From a virus: a stretch of 64,000 nt of DNA. The notes beneath the pieces were generated by a model. That model saw only the letters and a program-made list of their open reading frames with translations. It was not told the DNA's origin and did not search any database. This document shows positions 52,958 through 62,374 of this stretch, piece by piece. Location of the stretch: positions 1-64,000 of the IMG/VR virus record IMGVR_UViG_3300028394_000057; one strand, given 5' to 3'. Each line of letters opens with the position of its first letter. Positions within the stretch are counted from its first letter, which is position 1. The translations under genes were made by a program, and so were the position numbers.

Positions 52958-53422
52958 ATGACAGCAATTTATAAAGAACCATTCCCAGCAAAAACTCGTG
53001 GAGATGAATTCGGAAACCTAGCCCCTTATCGTGAGGGTAGACCACACAGAGGTCAGGACTGGAGTCCAAAGGAACTTTCACCAATTCCAGCAATCACTGA
53101 TGGAACAGTTTTTCTTAATGAGTGGAGTGATGGTCTAGGTTGGTTTCTAGTTCATTCAGCAAAAGACGGACACTTCGTTTTATACGCTCACCTAGCAGAA
53201 CAGTCACCATTGAAGAAAGACTCTAAAGTTAAACTTGGAGATATCATTGGTAAAGTTGGCGGTGGAAAGAAAACTCCATCAGGTAAATTCTCAACTGGAG
53301 CACACCTACACCTGAGCATTGGTAAGGCTAACAAGGCTTGGAGCAATCCAACAATTCACCTATCGGCATATGATGACTTGGTAGACCCACTAAAGCACAT
53401 TCTAGCAAACTCAGGAAAGTAA
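52958..53422 (+). CDS. M23-family peptidase (probable endolysin)
   Basis: HRGQD, YAHL and STGAHLHL Zn-binding motifs. Confidence 0.88.
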   Translation: MTAIYKEPFPAKTRGDEFGNLAPYREGRPHRGQDWSPKELSPIPAITDGTVFLNEWSDGLGWFLVHSAKDGHFVLYAHLAEQSPLKKDSKVKLGDIIGKVGGGKKTPSGKFSTGAHLHLSIGKANKAWSNPTIHLSAYDDLVDPLKHILANSGK

Positions 53423-53423
53423 A

Positions 53424-53600
53424 ATGCCAGAATACACTTTTAAATGTCCAACATGTAATAAGATTGATAAAGATACCAGAACTTTTGAAGATGCTGCAAA
53501 AGAATTTTTATGCAAATCTTGTAATGCTCCAATGAATAAAGTATATTCTATTGGTGTTGTCAAGTTTAACGGTGGAGGATTTTACTCAAATGACAAATAG
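53424..53600 (+). CDS. FmdB-family zinc-ribbon protein
   Basis: MPEYTFKCPTC...CKSC...FNGGGFYSNDK; not in ORF track. Confidence 0.8.
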   Translation: MPEYTFKCPTCNKIDKDTRTFEDAAKEFLCKSCNAPMNKVYSIGVVKFNGGGFYSNDK

Positions 53601-53817
53601 CCTAATTGAACAAATTGATAAGAAGTGGACACTATCAGCATTAGATAGATGTGATGCATGTGGCTCACAGGCTTATGTTCAAGCATTAGGAACAGCAGGG
53701 GATTTGCTTTTCTGTGCTCATCATTACGAGGGTATTCTAAGAAATGAAAAGGCACAGGAAGCAATGACCAAATTTGCTTATCAAATTATTGATGAGCGTG
53801 AACAATTGAGTGAGTAG
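53590..53817 (+). CDS. Small Cys/His protein
   Basis: DRCDACGSQAYV...LLFCAHH. Confidence 0.65.
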   Translation: MTNSLIEQIDKKWTLSALDRCDACGSQAYVQALGTAGDLLFCAHHYEGILRNEKAQEAMTKFAYQIIDEREQLSE

Positions 53818-53819
53818 TT

Positions 53820-54233
53820 ATGGAATATTTTTTAGGGTCAGTAGTTACCTTAGTAAGCATTTTTATTACTGTTAAATTTATTAGACAGCCAAAAAATAAA
53901 TTTATCAATAACTTTATTGTTCATAATCAATCAAGGCTGCACGATTTAACAAAATATATGCTTCCAGAAATTAAGTCAGAACCTATCAAAACACAGGCAA
54001 CCGAATATTTTGATTCAAAGCATATTAAGGTTGTATATACCAGTAGCAGTGTTTATTGGATTCAGGACGGTGTCTTCTATACCGCTGATTTTATTAATGG
54101 AGAAGTTTTACAAGAAACTAAGAAAAAGGTTGACACAAGTACCATGAGTAAGGTAGAATTAGATAAGATAAGTTTTATCGTAGATATATTAGCAAAGGAT
54201 GAAAAGAATGATAGTGGCAATTCAGGGAAGTAA
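53820..54233 (+). CDS. Hypothetical protein with N-terminal TM helix
   Basis: Hydrophobic N-terminus. Confidence 0.6.
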   Translation: MEYFLGSVVTLVSIFITVKFIRQPKNKFINNFIVHNQSRLHDLTKYMLPEIKSEPIKTQATEYFDSKHIKVVYTSSSVYWIQDGVFYTADFINGEVLQETKKKVDTSTMSKVELDKISFIVDILAKDEKNDSGNSGK

Positions 54234-54558
54234 GAACTTCAATGACTACAACGTATTCTTAAGAGCAATGGGGGTAGCCCTATCTAGCCTACCAGAAGGC
54301 GATACTGACATACTTTTTGCATCTGCTGGACCATTAAACATTAATAACATGGGCATGGAATTTACTAACATATCTGAACGCAGTCTAAAGGCTCGTGGAA
54401 TTAACATTAAGTTAATTAAGGTTCCACCTACTTGGATTAAAAATAATATTAATAGCATTGGTTATTTTGCTTATTTTAGCAAACCAAAAGAACCACTATC
54501 TGAATTAGTAAACTTGGCTGAAGCCAAGGATATTGAGGTAGGGGTTTATCGTTACTAA
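54199..54558 (+). CDS. SLOG/YspA-like protein (putative)
   Basis: IVAIQGSKNFNDY N-terminus resembles the SLOG GSRxFxDY motif. Confidence 0.5.
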   Translation: MKRMIVAIQGSKNFNDYNVFLRAMGVALSSLPEGDTDILFASAGPLNINNMGMEFTNISERSLKARGINIKLIKVPPTWIKNNINSIGYFAYFSKPKEPLSELVNLAEAKDIEVGVYRY

Positions 54559-54566
54559 ACGAAAGG

Positions 54567-54794
54567 GTGATTATGTTAATTAAATCACTAGAAGAAATGG
54601 AAACAATTGTAGAAAACAATAAGTTTCTATCATGGGATGGCTGGACAGTTTTAGAACTGAAAAAGTCTGCAATGGCATGGTTAAAACCAAATGCTAAGTT
54701 TATTAAACACGAATGGTATACTGCTAATCGTTTTGATGTAAACGAGAGTGGCTGGAATATACCTGCTAGTTTGGTAAAGAAGAATGCCAAATGA
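54567..54794 (+). CDS. Hypothetical protein
   Basis: 75-aa ORF; LSWDGWTV. Confidence 0.6.
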   Translation: MIMLIKSLEEMETIVENNKFLSWDGWTVLELKKSAMAWLKPNAKFIKHEWYTANRFDVNESGWNIPASLVKKNAK

Positions 54795-55074
54795 AAATTG
54801 GAAAGATGAAGCCTTATGTAAAGGTGACGATGTTAATCTATTCTTTGATACTTATGAGCAAGATGTTGAAGTCAGAAAAGAAGTAGATTCTTTATGTTCT
54901 ATTTGTCCAATGGCTCGTATATGTTTTGCAGTTGGGGTATCTCAAAAATCATATGGTGTTTGGGGTGGAGTTTACTTAGATAGAGGTAAAGTTTCCAGGG
55001 AATTTAATAAGCACAAAACCAAGCAAGACTGGACAGAAACATGGCAACACCTAACAACAGATAAGGAATTCTAA
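54784..55074 (+). CDS. whiB: WhiB-family Fe-S transcription factor
   Basis: W---ALC...FF...CSICP----C...GVWGG. Confidence 0.9.
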   Translation: MPNENWKDEALCKGDDVNLFFDTYEQDVEVRKEVDSLCSICPMARICFAVGVSQKSYGVWGGVYLDRGKVSREFNKHKTKQDWTETWQHLTTDKEF

Positions 55075-55316
55075 TGTATACACCAGAGATGGCAACAGCA
55101 TTTAAAGCAATAGTGCCACCAAAGAATTTTGGTCTCACTATCTATGACAATGATAATTTTGTTACGCTTGAAATTAATCCTAAAGATTTGGTTGATTTGC
55201 TTGACGAAGACAAGACAGCAGTGGTAAAATATATCAATGATGTCAAAAGTATTTTGGAAGAACTTGGAGCAATTGTGTTTATAGTTAGAGAGGCGTTAGA
55301 ATCTAATGTGGATTAA
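55074..55316 (+). CDS. Hypothetical protein
   Basis: 80-aa coupled ORF. Confidence 0.6.
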   Translation: MYTPEMATAFKAIVPPKNFGLTIYDNDNFVTLEINPKDLVDLLDEDKTAVVKYINDVKSILEELGAIVFIVREALESNVD

Positions 55317-55737
55317 TATTTCAATTGGAGTGGTGGTAACAGTCGTACTATTCTACACAACCTATAGATTGCTTAGATATAGAATTGCTTTTCAAAATCT
55401 AGCAAACGAGTATCTTCAAAAGTTATCCGATAACGAACTTTTGCTTAAAGAAATAAACAGACTTAATCAGCAAATAAACAATAAAGAACTTGAAAATTCA
55501 GATGGTTTTTTAAAATTTGTTTCAGATTCTCGTGACTGGGCTTTTCAGTATATTGAACAGGTTCAAAAAGCACTTAATGAATTTGATGAAGAGGTTGCAC
55601 CCCAACTTGAATGGGCTAATACCTTTGGTCAGGCTGCAGGTGACACAGTTCACACAGGAACAATGAAAAAGATTTCCGAGGCATACGATAAACTAAAATC
55701 AATATTGCCAGAGAATACCGAAACGCCTAATAACTAG
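55306..55737 (+). CDS. Membrane-anchored coiled-coil protein
   Basis: N-terminal TM segment plus heptad region. Confidence 0.6.
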   Translation: MWINISIGVVVTVVLFYTTYRLLRYRIAFQNLANEYLQKLSDNELLLKEINRLNQQINNKELENSDGFLKFVSDSRDWAFQYIEQVQKALNEFDEEVAPQLEWANTFGQAAGDTVHTGTMKKISEAYDKLKSILPENTETPNN

Positions 55738-55759
55738 GCACTAAACAAGGAGAAACAAA

Positions 55760-56044
55760 ATGAGTACAACTCAACTAAAGGCTCTGTTCGCATCATATTT
55801 GCGTAGCATCCTATCCGCAGTGGCAGCACTATACTTGGCTGGCATTACAGACCCACAGACTCTTCTATGGTCTTTGGTTGCTGCATTGCTACCAGTTGCA
55901 ACAAGAGCAGTAAATCCAAAGGACAAGGCATTTGGTATTGTTCCATCTGCTGAAGTTGTTGCAGAGGCTCTTAAGGATGTCAAGGTAACAAAGGCACCAG
56001 TTAAGAAGACTGTGACGGTCAAGAAGACGGTTACAAAGAAGTAA
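55760..56044 (+). CDS. Membrane protein, holin-like, with basic tail
   Basis: Two hydrophobic helices; KKTVTVKKTVTKK tail; strong SD. Confidence 0.55.
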   Translation: MSTTQLKALFASYLRSILSAVAALYLAGITDPQTLLWSLVAALLPVATRAVNPKDKAFGIVPSAEVVAEALKDVKVTKAPVKKTVTVKKTVTKK

Positions 56045-56058
56045 TCTTAATAAATATT

Positions 56059-56088
56059 AAGGCGAGTCTAGAAATAGGCTCGTCTTTC
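56059..56088. terminator. Hairpin between convergent transcription units
   Basis: aaggcgagtcta-gaaa-taggctcgtctt. Confidence 0.65.
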
Positions 56089-57168
56089 TATATTTGGCAA
56101 TATTTCTTTTACCTTTAATAATATCTCTAGGTATTCAAATAAATTTAAATAATTTTGTTTTAAAGATTCTTGAGAAAATTGATTATATCCAATTTTGTAT
56201 GCACTTTCTTTCAAAGAACTATCGTCTTCCATAGCCATGTAAGAGTCTATTTTTTGTGCCAACTCAACTGGCGACCCTGCATAAGCAGTTATAGTTCTTC
56301 TTGTATTAAATGTTTTAATCTGAGTAGACCTGATAAGCCATTCTTTTGGTAGCACCTTGTCATTTGGAGAAATGTTGGTCATAATTACTGGCAAGCCACT
56401 AAGCAAAGCCTCGTTCATTGGTAAACATAATCCAGCAAACCTTCTTGGCAAAATTAAAGCATCAAATCCATCATACAAATCTGCTCTATTGACAACATTA
56501 AAATATTCTATTCTTGCCCTGGGGTCATTACAAATAAAGTTAGAACCAGTTTGAACCTTAAAAACAATTTCAAAATCTGACTCTGCATACTTTAACATTT
56601 CAATTACTGTATTTGTTCCATTTCTATCTTGTGTTGCTGCTTTTCCAACAACATGAAGCAAACGTCTATGTTTTTTAGATAAATTGTTTTGTCTAACTTT
56701 GTCAAACTGAGTGTGTTCTGTTGGTGGCGGCAAGTGAAGAACCTCACAGTGGTTTCCATATAATTCTTTAACTTCTTCTAAATACCAAAAACTTGGAGAG
56801 AGTAATACATCTGGCAAATGTGTTGGTTCCATGTGATGCAAAAATTCATAATTGAATTGTAATATTGTTTTTATTCCTCTATCCCTGGCAAATGGAACAA
56901 CATTGTCAGAATAGAATAGTTCGCAAGAAATTACAACATCCAAATCGTTTAAAAATTCTAAAACTTCTTGTTCTTGTATCCAGCCTTCTGGATTTCCTAA
57001 CTGAGTGTTATAGTCTTTATACCATTCTGGATGTGTTGCAAACTTGCCCTCATTCCAACTAGAAGAATCTACTAAAAATACTTTAGATGGATTAAGCATT
57101 TTTGCTAATTCTAAACATTGATTACCTAAACCAGTATCATCCATTCTTGCTATAAGACCTATTTTCAT
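56068..57168 (-). CDS. GT-B glycosyltransferase (GT4-like)
   Basis: DALILPRRFAGLCLPMNEALLSGLPVI. Confidence 0.85.
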   Translation of the reverse strand: MKIGLIARMDDTGLGNQCLELAKMLNPSKVFLVDSSSWNEGKFATHPEWYKDYNTQLGNPEGWIQEQEVLEFLNDLDVVISCELFYSDNVVPFARDRGIKTILQFNYEFLHHMEPTHLPDVLLSPSFWYLEEVKELYGNHCEVLHLPPPTEHTQFDKVRQNNLSKKHRRLLHVVGKAATQDRNGTNTVIEMLKYAESDFEIVFKVQTGSNFICNDPRARIEYFNVVNRADLYDGFDALILPRRFAGLCLPMNEALLSGLPVIMTNISPNDKVLPKEWLIRSTQIKTFNTRRTITAYAGSPVELAQKIDSYMAMEDDSSLKESAYKIGYNQFSQESLKQNYLNLFEYLEILLKVKEILPNIERRAYF

Positions 57169-57899
57169 TCTGTTAGACCCCAAGCAATATCATCGCTAGT
57201 GAATTTTCTAGTTCCAGCACGACCATCTAAATGATAAGAGGATGCAACATCAACCCCATTGTTTGGATAATATATCCAAACTTTATTTACATTCCAATTA
57301 TTGATAACAACATAACTGTAAAACCTATCTTCAATAAACTCTTTATCATGGGACTGTGCAAGCACCACGTCTCTATAATAAGACACTTTAGATATGTGTG
57401 GTCTTTGGCTCCATTGAATTGTTTTTAAAAAGTTTCCTTCTTTTTCTAACATCAAATAATCATGCTCTTCTGGAATTTCTTTCATAGGATGGAATCTAAC
57501 TGTATTGCAGTTGTCTGTCTCTAACATGTCTAAACATTCTTGTATATTAATTTTGTTTTTAATGAGAGGGGTATCAGATTCAATATACAGAATAAGAGAA
57601 GTGTTAACTAAATCAATAGTCTCTTTCATCATAGTGGTTTGATGTTTATGTTCTGTAAAGATAATAGGCAATACGTTTGTCCACTCATGCAATGACTTCC
57701 AAAGAATTCTATTCTTATATTCGTCATATCTGTCTTTCCAAGTAAGTCTTTCATCTCTAAGACCATCTACTTGTAAAATAATTTCGCTGTCAGGAAAATA
57801 ATGTCTAACACTATCCATGGTTTCTTCAAGAATACTGGTATCTGGATGACTTGGTATTACAGATGTTGGTATAATTATTGTTACATCTTTAGAGTTCAT
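57165..57899 (-). CDS. GT-A-fold glycosyltransferase (putative)
   Basis: VTIIIPTS...DG...LYIESD...HLDGR. Confidence 0.65.
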   Translation of the reverse strand: MNSKDVTIIIPTSVIPSHPDTSILEETMDSVRHYFPDSEIILQVDGLRDERLTWKDRYDEYKNRILWKSLHEWTNVLPIIFTEHKHQTTMMKETIDLVNTSLILYIESDTPLIKNKINIQECLDMLETDNCNTVRFHPMKEIPEEHDYLMLEKEGNFLKTIQWSQRPHISKVSYYRDVVLAQSHDKEFIEDRFYSYVVINNWNVNKVWIYYPNNGVDVASSYHLDGRAGTRKFTSDDIAWGLTE

Positions 57900-58743
57900 T
57901 ATATTCCTTGACTATTTTAATAGCAAAATCTCTTTTAAATTTAATCCACCAAGACACGAGCAAATGCATATTTTGTGGATAATCTTTTAATAAACTATCA
58001 ACAATTTGTGGTAATTCATTCCAATTATTAGTCTTTGCTATATCTATTTTACCATCAAAAACAAAATCCCAGAAGTCAAAGTCTTGTTCTATGGCACTTT
58101 TAATGTCACCAATGGGCAAACAAAGCAACTCTATGGCTTCGTAGAACCTGAATGAATCAATTGTTACGTTTCCAGCAGGAGCAGGAGCAATCCTACCTTT
58201 AATGAATTTTTCATAATACTTTTTTGGCTCATAACCCTTCATAAAGCCATCTGTTAAATTAAATACACAGTTATCTATAGTGGGCAAAACTTCAGCCAAT
58301 TCTTTTCTTCTACTATGATTTATTTGACCAGAGTAAAAGACATCATATTCTTTTTCTGCATATTCTGGCAGATTTGTTTTTAAAAATTCTGGTGCACCAA
58401 GAGGAAATTTATTATGTTTTTCATGTTTTAAAAATGGATATTGCATCCAAAACTTTATATCTCTGTGACTAATTTGATTATCTTGAAATTGTCCAGTTTC
58501 ATTGGAAGTAACAAAAAGCATAACTCTATCTATTTTACTTAACTCATTATCAATCACATGCTCTTTTGTATAAAAATCTCCACCACATATAACAACAATA
58601 GCCTTATCGGTCTTTGGTAGGGACTGAACCCTAACTGTCTCTATGTTAGCCCTATTAAAAACTTCTTGCAAAAATGCAAAATCAGATTTTGTGTCTGGGT
58701 AATTATCACTTTTAGAGTATAGGTATGCTTTAATTTGACTCAT
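57889..58743 (-). CDS. Glycosyltransferase (exostosin/GT47-like)
   Basis: YDVFYSGQ---RR...APAG---DSFRFYEAIELLCLP. Confidence 0.7.
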   Translation of the reverse strand: MSQIKAYLYSKSDNYPDTKSDFAFLQEVFNRANIETVRVQSLPKTDKAIVVICGGDFYTKEHVIDNELSKIDRVMLFVTSNETGQFQDNQISHRDIKFWMQYPFLKHEKHNKFPLGAPEFLKTNLPEYAEKEYDVFYSGQINHSRRKELAEVLPTIDNCVFNLTDGFMKGYEPKKYYEKFIKGRIAPAPAGNVTIDSFRFYEAIELLCLPIGDIKSAIEQDFDFWDFVFDGKIDIAKTNNWNELPQIVDSLLKDYPQNMHLLVSWWIKFKRDFAIKIVKEYNEL

Positions 58744-59443
58744 AATAAAGATGAACCTCGTGTTGATAATCTAAAATTGTTTCGGTATACCCAAGTTGTT
58801 TAATCCAACCTCTAAGTTCACTAAGATACAAACCCCATTGATGAAACATAAACTCTGGATGTCCAGATAACCAAATCTTTGGTTTATATTGTTTTAACAC
58901 TTCTTCGGCACCACGCAACACCTTAAATTCGCTTCCCTCTACATCTAGAGTGATAATTGTTGGTGGCTTTAATCCATAAAAAGAAACGCAGTCATCTATC
59001 TTTACTTGACCATACATGCTTCCCTCTAGATATAATTCTTTAAACCCATGTGCCGCTTCAATATTTTGATATGCTTCTGGTGGAAATTCATCTCTATATA
59101 TTCTAATAAGTGAATTGTTTTCATCAGATGCAAAGCATGGAATAGTTGCTAATGGATTTTTTAAATTATTTGCTTCCCAGATTGCTGGCATGTGTGACCA
59201 AACTTTTGGGTTAGGTTCAAACAAAACTACTTCTGCACCCCAAATTTGACACAAGGCAGACATCTCTCCCTCTTCTGCACCAACATAATACACAACATCC
59301 CCATCTACAAGATTGTCGTGCATGGATTTTAGCCTTAGTTTCTCCCAACCATTTTCAGTATACCATTCTGGTCTATCTGCTCTGTGCTTTGGAATGGTAA
59401 TTTCCCATTCGCCATTTAGAATGGCTTTAACCATTTCTGTCAT
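58730..59443 (-). CDS. FkbM-family SAM-dependent methyltransferase
   Basis: YVGAEEG, FEPNP and LDVEGSEFKVLRGA. Confidence 0.85.
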   Translation of the reverse strand: MTEMVKAILNGEWEITIPKHRADRPEWYTENGWEKLRLKSMHDNLVDGDVVYYVGAEEGEMSALCQIWGAEVVLFEPNPKVWSHMPAIWEANNLKNPLATIPCFASDENNSLIRIYRDEFPPEAYQNIEAAHGFKELYLEGSMYGQVKIDDCVSFYGLKPPTIITLDVEGSEFKVLRGAEEVLKQYKPKIWLSGHPEFMFHQWGLYLSELRGWIKQLGYTETILDYQHEVHLYYESN

Positions 59444-60372
59444 TTGTTTTCCTCCATATAAAATTTAATTATTTCTTTCATGCTATCTTTCATAGTATGC
59501 TTTGATTCCCATCCAGTTTTTTCGTATAGCAAAGATGAGTTCATAAATTGTTTCTTAATTTCAAACCCATCACTTTCAACCATTTTATAATTGACTTCTT
59601 TGCCAATAGCATCTCTAACAATATTAAACACTTGAAGTGTGGAATATCTTTCCCCAGATGATATATTAAATGATGCAACATCATTAACTGTTTCTGCGTA
59701 TGTTAGTATATTAGCATATGCTGAAACAACATCTTTCACATTTATATATTCTCTAACATCTCTACCATTATTTCTTATTGTAAATGATAAATTATCTTTA
59801 TGTGCTTTTAAAATTCCAGGTATTAGTCTTTGAATGTTGTTATCTCCAGTGCCATAAATATTACAAGCACGAGTAGTTACAATAGGCATACTGTATGTAT
59901 TTCTATATGAGTTACACATAATGTCTGTAATAGATTTAGAGGCATCGTATGGATATATTCCATTAAGGATATGGTCTTCAAAGTATTCGTCATTAGTTAG
60001 TTCTCCGTATGCTTTGTCGCTAGAAGCAACAATGATTGACTTACATTCTTTATATTCTCTCAATGATTCAAGCACGTTTAGAGTGCCAACAGCATTTGTA
60101 TAGAAAGTATTGTACGGATATTTAATTGAATCATGTGCTTGAGTTTGTGCTGCAAGATGAATAAAATAGTCTGGTCTTGACTTTTCTATAAAGAAATCAA
60201 CATCTGTTTTGTTATTGATATTTCCATATACCTTGTTAACATTCTTAGAAAGTTCTGTACGACTGTGTTCGTCTTTCAATAAAACAAACACATCCCAACC
60301 AAGAGATAAATAATGGTTTGAAAGGTGTGAACCCAAAAGTCCAGTAGCACCAGTGATTGCTATACTTTTCAT
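59440..60372 (-). CDS. NDP-sugar 4,6-dehydratase/epimerase (extended SDR)
   Basis: ITGATGLLG, HLAAQ, SSDKAYG, YDASK and NIYG-GD. Confidence 0.9.
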   Translation of the reverse strand: MKSIAITGATGLLGSHLSNHYLSLGWDVFVLLKDEHSRTELSKNVNKVYGNINNKTDVDFFIEKSRPDYFIHLAAQTQAHDSIKYPYNTFYTNAVGTLNVLESLREYKECKSIIVASSDKAYGELTNDEYFEDHILNGIYPYDASKSITDIMCNSYRNTYSMPIVTTRACNIYGTGDNNIQRLIPGILKAHKDNLSFTIRNNGRDVREYINVKDVVSAYANILTYAETVNDVASFNISSGERYSTLQVFNIVRDAIGKEVNYKMVESDGFEIKKQFMNSSLLYEKTGWESKHTMKDSMKEIIKFYMEENK

Positions 60373-61334
60373 TCTATGCCTAACTTGTTAACAATTGTTT
60401 CCCAGCGATGTGCGTAGGTGTGTTCATTTTTTGTTCTTTGATGTCCAGCAAAACGAATCTGTTCTCTCTCTTCATCATTATCTAAATAGTAATCAATTTT
60501 TTCTTTTAGTTTATCTAGATTACCATGTGGGTAAAATGCAATCTCTTTACCGTCTTCAAAAAATTGGTCAAGACCTGTGATGTCTGGGTAGATAGTAAAT
60601 CCACCACGACCAGTAGACTCAAATAGTCTGTCGCTACTGTAATAAGGATATGAAAAATTAATGTTTAAACTATCTCCAATAGCAATCTTGCTGCGAGCAT
60701 AAATTCTATTTAAAGCATCTCCTCTTACCGTTCCAGTTTCACCATCTGGACCAACATGTAAGAATCTATTTCCGTAAGTATATTTTAAAAATTCAATTAG
60801 TTGTGGTCTGTATGGATACTCTGGATGATATCCCTTGCTTCCAACAAAGATAACATCATAATCAAAGTTACTTGCATCGTAATCTGGGTGAACGTAAACC
60901 TCTTTATCGTAAACACCTGCTGGAAGATAGTGACCGATTACATCGGTTTCTTTGTTAAACCAATCAGCCATGAGTTTATCTGTTGCAAAAAAGTGACCAA
61001 TCTTAGAATAAAAACCATCATTTTCTAAATCTACTTGTCTTTGCAATCCAAACCAAAGGTCTAAGTGATAGGTCATAGTTGGAATATTTGCTACCTTTAA
61101 TAATTCTAATAGTCTTGTTAGGTCTAAGTCTCCTGGATTTGACCAACCATGCGTATGTACCCAAACAAACAAATCTGACCTCATTGCTTCAAATAAAATG
61201 TCTGATGTTTTTGCTCCCCAAACACCTTCTTGAAGTCTGATTACTTCGTGTCCTAGGGATTCTAATGATTTAGCGTGATGATTTTCGCTAGAGTAATCTA
61301 CCTGAAAATTACCTAAAAATGCTATTCTAGCCAA
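60369..61334 (-). CDS. CgeB-like glycosyltransferase
   Basis: DVIFVGS...YSSDRLFESTGRGGF...REQIRFAG...EHTYAHR. Confidence 0.82.
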   Translation of the reverse strand: MARIAFLGNFQVDYSSENHHAKSLESLGHEVIRLQEGVWGAKTSDILFEAMRSDLFVWVHTHGWSNPGDLDLTRLLELLKVANIPTMTYHLDLWFGLQRQVDLENDGFYSKIGHFFATDKLMADWFNKETDVIGHYLPAGVYDKEVYVHPDYDASNFDYDVIFVGSKGYHPEYPYRPQLIEFLKYTYGNRFLHVGPDGETGTVRGDALNRIYARSKIAIGDSLNINFSYPYYSSDRLFESTGRGGFTIYPDITGLDQFFEDGKEIAFYPHGNLDKLKEKIDYYLDNDEEREQIRFAGHQRTKNEHTYAHRWETIVNKLGIE

Positions 61335-61371
61335 TGTGTTCCTGTCTGTTTGTTCACAATGTGATACTTAC

Positions 61372-61395
61372 ATTATACCAGATATATGCTATAAT
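61372..61395. promoter_or_regulatory. Back-to-back extended -10 promoters (TGGTATAAT on minus strand, TGCTATAAT on plus strand)
   Basis: attatacca-gatata-tgctataat between the divergent GT operon and hsp20. Confidence 0.65.
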
Positions 61396-61453
61396 TTACT
61401 TGTACCTGCCAAAAGGGGGTACAAAATAACTCGCTTAAAAGGAGATGATACAA

Positions 61454-61858
61454 ATGGTAATCTACACAGACCCATTCGCAGCACTTAGTCAGGAATTTGA
61501 TAAGATGTTTGCACAACCAACAAGGGCTACATACCCACCCTACAACGTAATCCACTCAAAGGAAAAGAACGAATGGTATCTTGAGTTCGCTCTAGCAGGA
61601 TTTGAGAAGGATGATGTAACCATCACAACAGATAAGAATGTTTTGACTGTTGCTGGTGAAACAAAAGAAGACAAAGAACTACCAGAGGATATCCGCTATG
61701 TTTATAAGGGCATTGCTGGTCGTAAGTTCACTCGTTCTTTTACTCTACCAGAATACGCTGAAGTCGCTAAGGCTGAATTGAAGCATGGTATTCTGACTAT
61801 TGATTTAGTTATCAATGTTCCAGAGGAAAAGAAACCTAAGACTATTATTATTAAGTAA
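61454..61858 (+). CDS. hsp20: Small heat-shock protein (Hsp20/IbpA-like)
   Basis: YPPYN, LAGF, KGIAGRKFTRSF and GILTI; ATG 61454 is best spaced from the SD (alternative start 61445). Confidence 0.92.
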   Translation: MVIYTDPFAALSQEFDKMFAQPTRATYPPYNVIHSKEKNEWYLEFALAGFEKDDVTITTDKNVLTVAGETKEDKELPEDIRYVYKGIAGRKFTRSFTLPEYAEVAKAELKHGILTIDLVINVPEEKKPKTIIIK

Positions 61859-61918
61859 GTCGGAAGTCCTGGGTATGACAGTAAACTGCCCACCTAATAG
61901 ATATGGTATAATAAGACA

Positions 61919-62374
61919 ATGGAAAACTTACTAGCACAACTAAGAACGCTACTGGCAGATAACGTTGCCCTTAAATTTAAAGCACACGGATATCATTGGA
62001 ATGTAGAAGGACATGATTTTTCACAATACCACAAATTTTTTCAGAAAATCTATGAGGACTATGATGCTGCAACAGACACTTATGCAGAATGGCTTCGCAT
62101 ATTGAAAGAGTATGCACCATACAGACTAACAGATTTCTTTGACATGTCAACAGTTCCAGAACCAGTAATTGTTGGTGAACCACAGGGTATGCTGCATGAC
62201 CTATATCTTTCAATTGAGGCACATATAGAAGCCTTGGTGATTGCAGGTGGTGTTGCAACAGAAGCAAAACAATACGGATTAGCAAATTTCTTTGCTGACC
62301 GTCAAACAGCCTCGCAGAAATTCTGCTGGCAAATTCGTGTAAGTCACGAAATGGAAATGGAGATAGAAAACTAA
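61919..62374 (+). CDS. dps: Dps/ferritin-like protein
   Basis: HGYHWNVEG-DF--YH-FF--IYE...D--AE...K--WQI. Confidence 0.88.
   Translation: MENLLAQLRTLLADNVALKFKAHGYHWNVEGHDFSQYHKFFQKIYEDYDAATDTYAEWLRILKEYAPYRLTDFFDMSTVPEPVIVGEPQGMLHDLYLSIEAHIEALVIAGGVATEAKQYGLANFFADRQTASQKFCWQIRVSHEMEMEIEN

Noticed and set aside
52786-52974. 62-aa ORF in the ORF track
   Set aside because: It overlaps two well-formed tRNA genes, so it is spurious
61400-61424. Hairpin in the hsp20 leader (ttgtacc...ggtacaa) as an RNA thermometer
   Set aside because: It does not sequester the SD (AAGGAG at ~61439), so it is more likely a simple 5' stabilising stem
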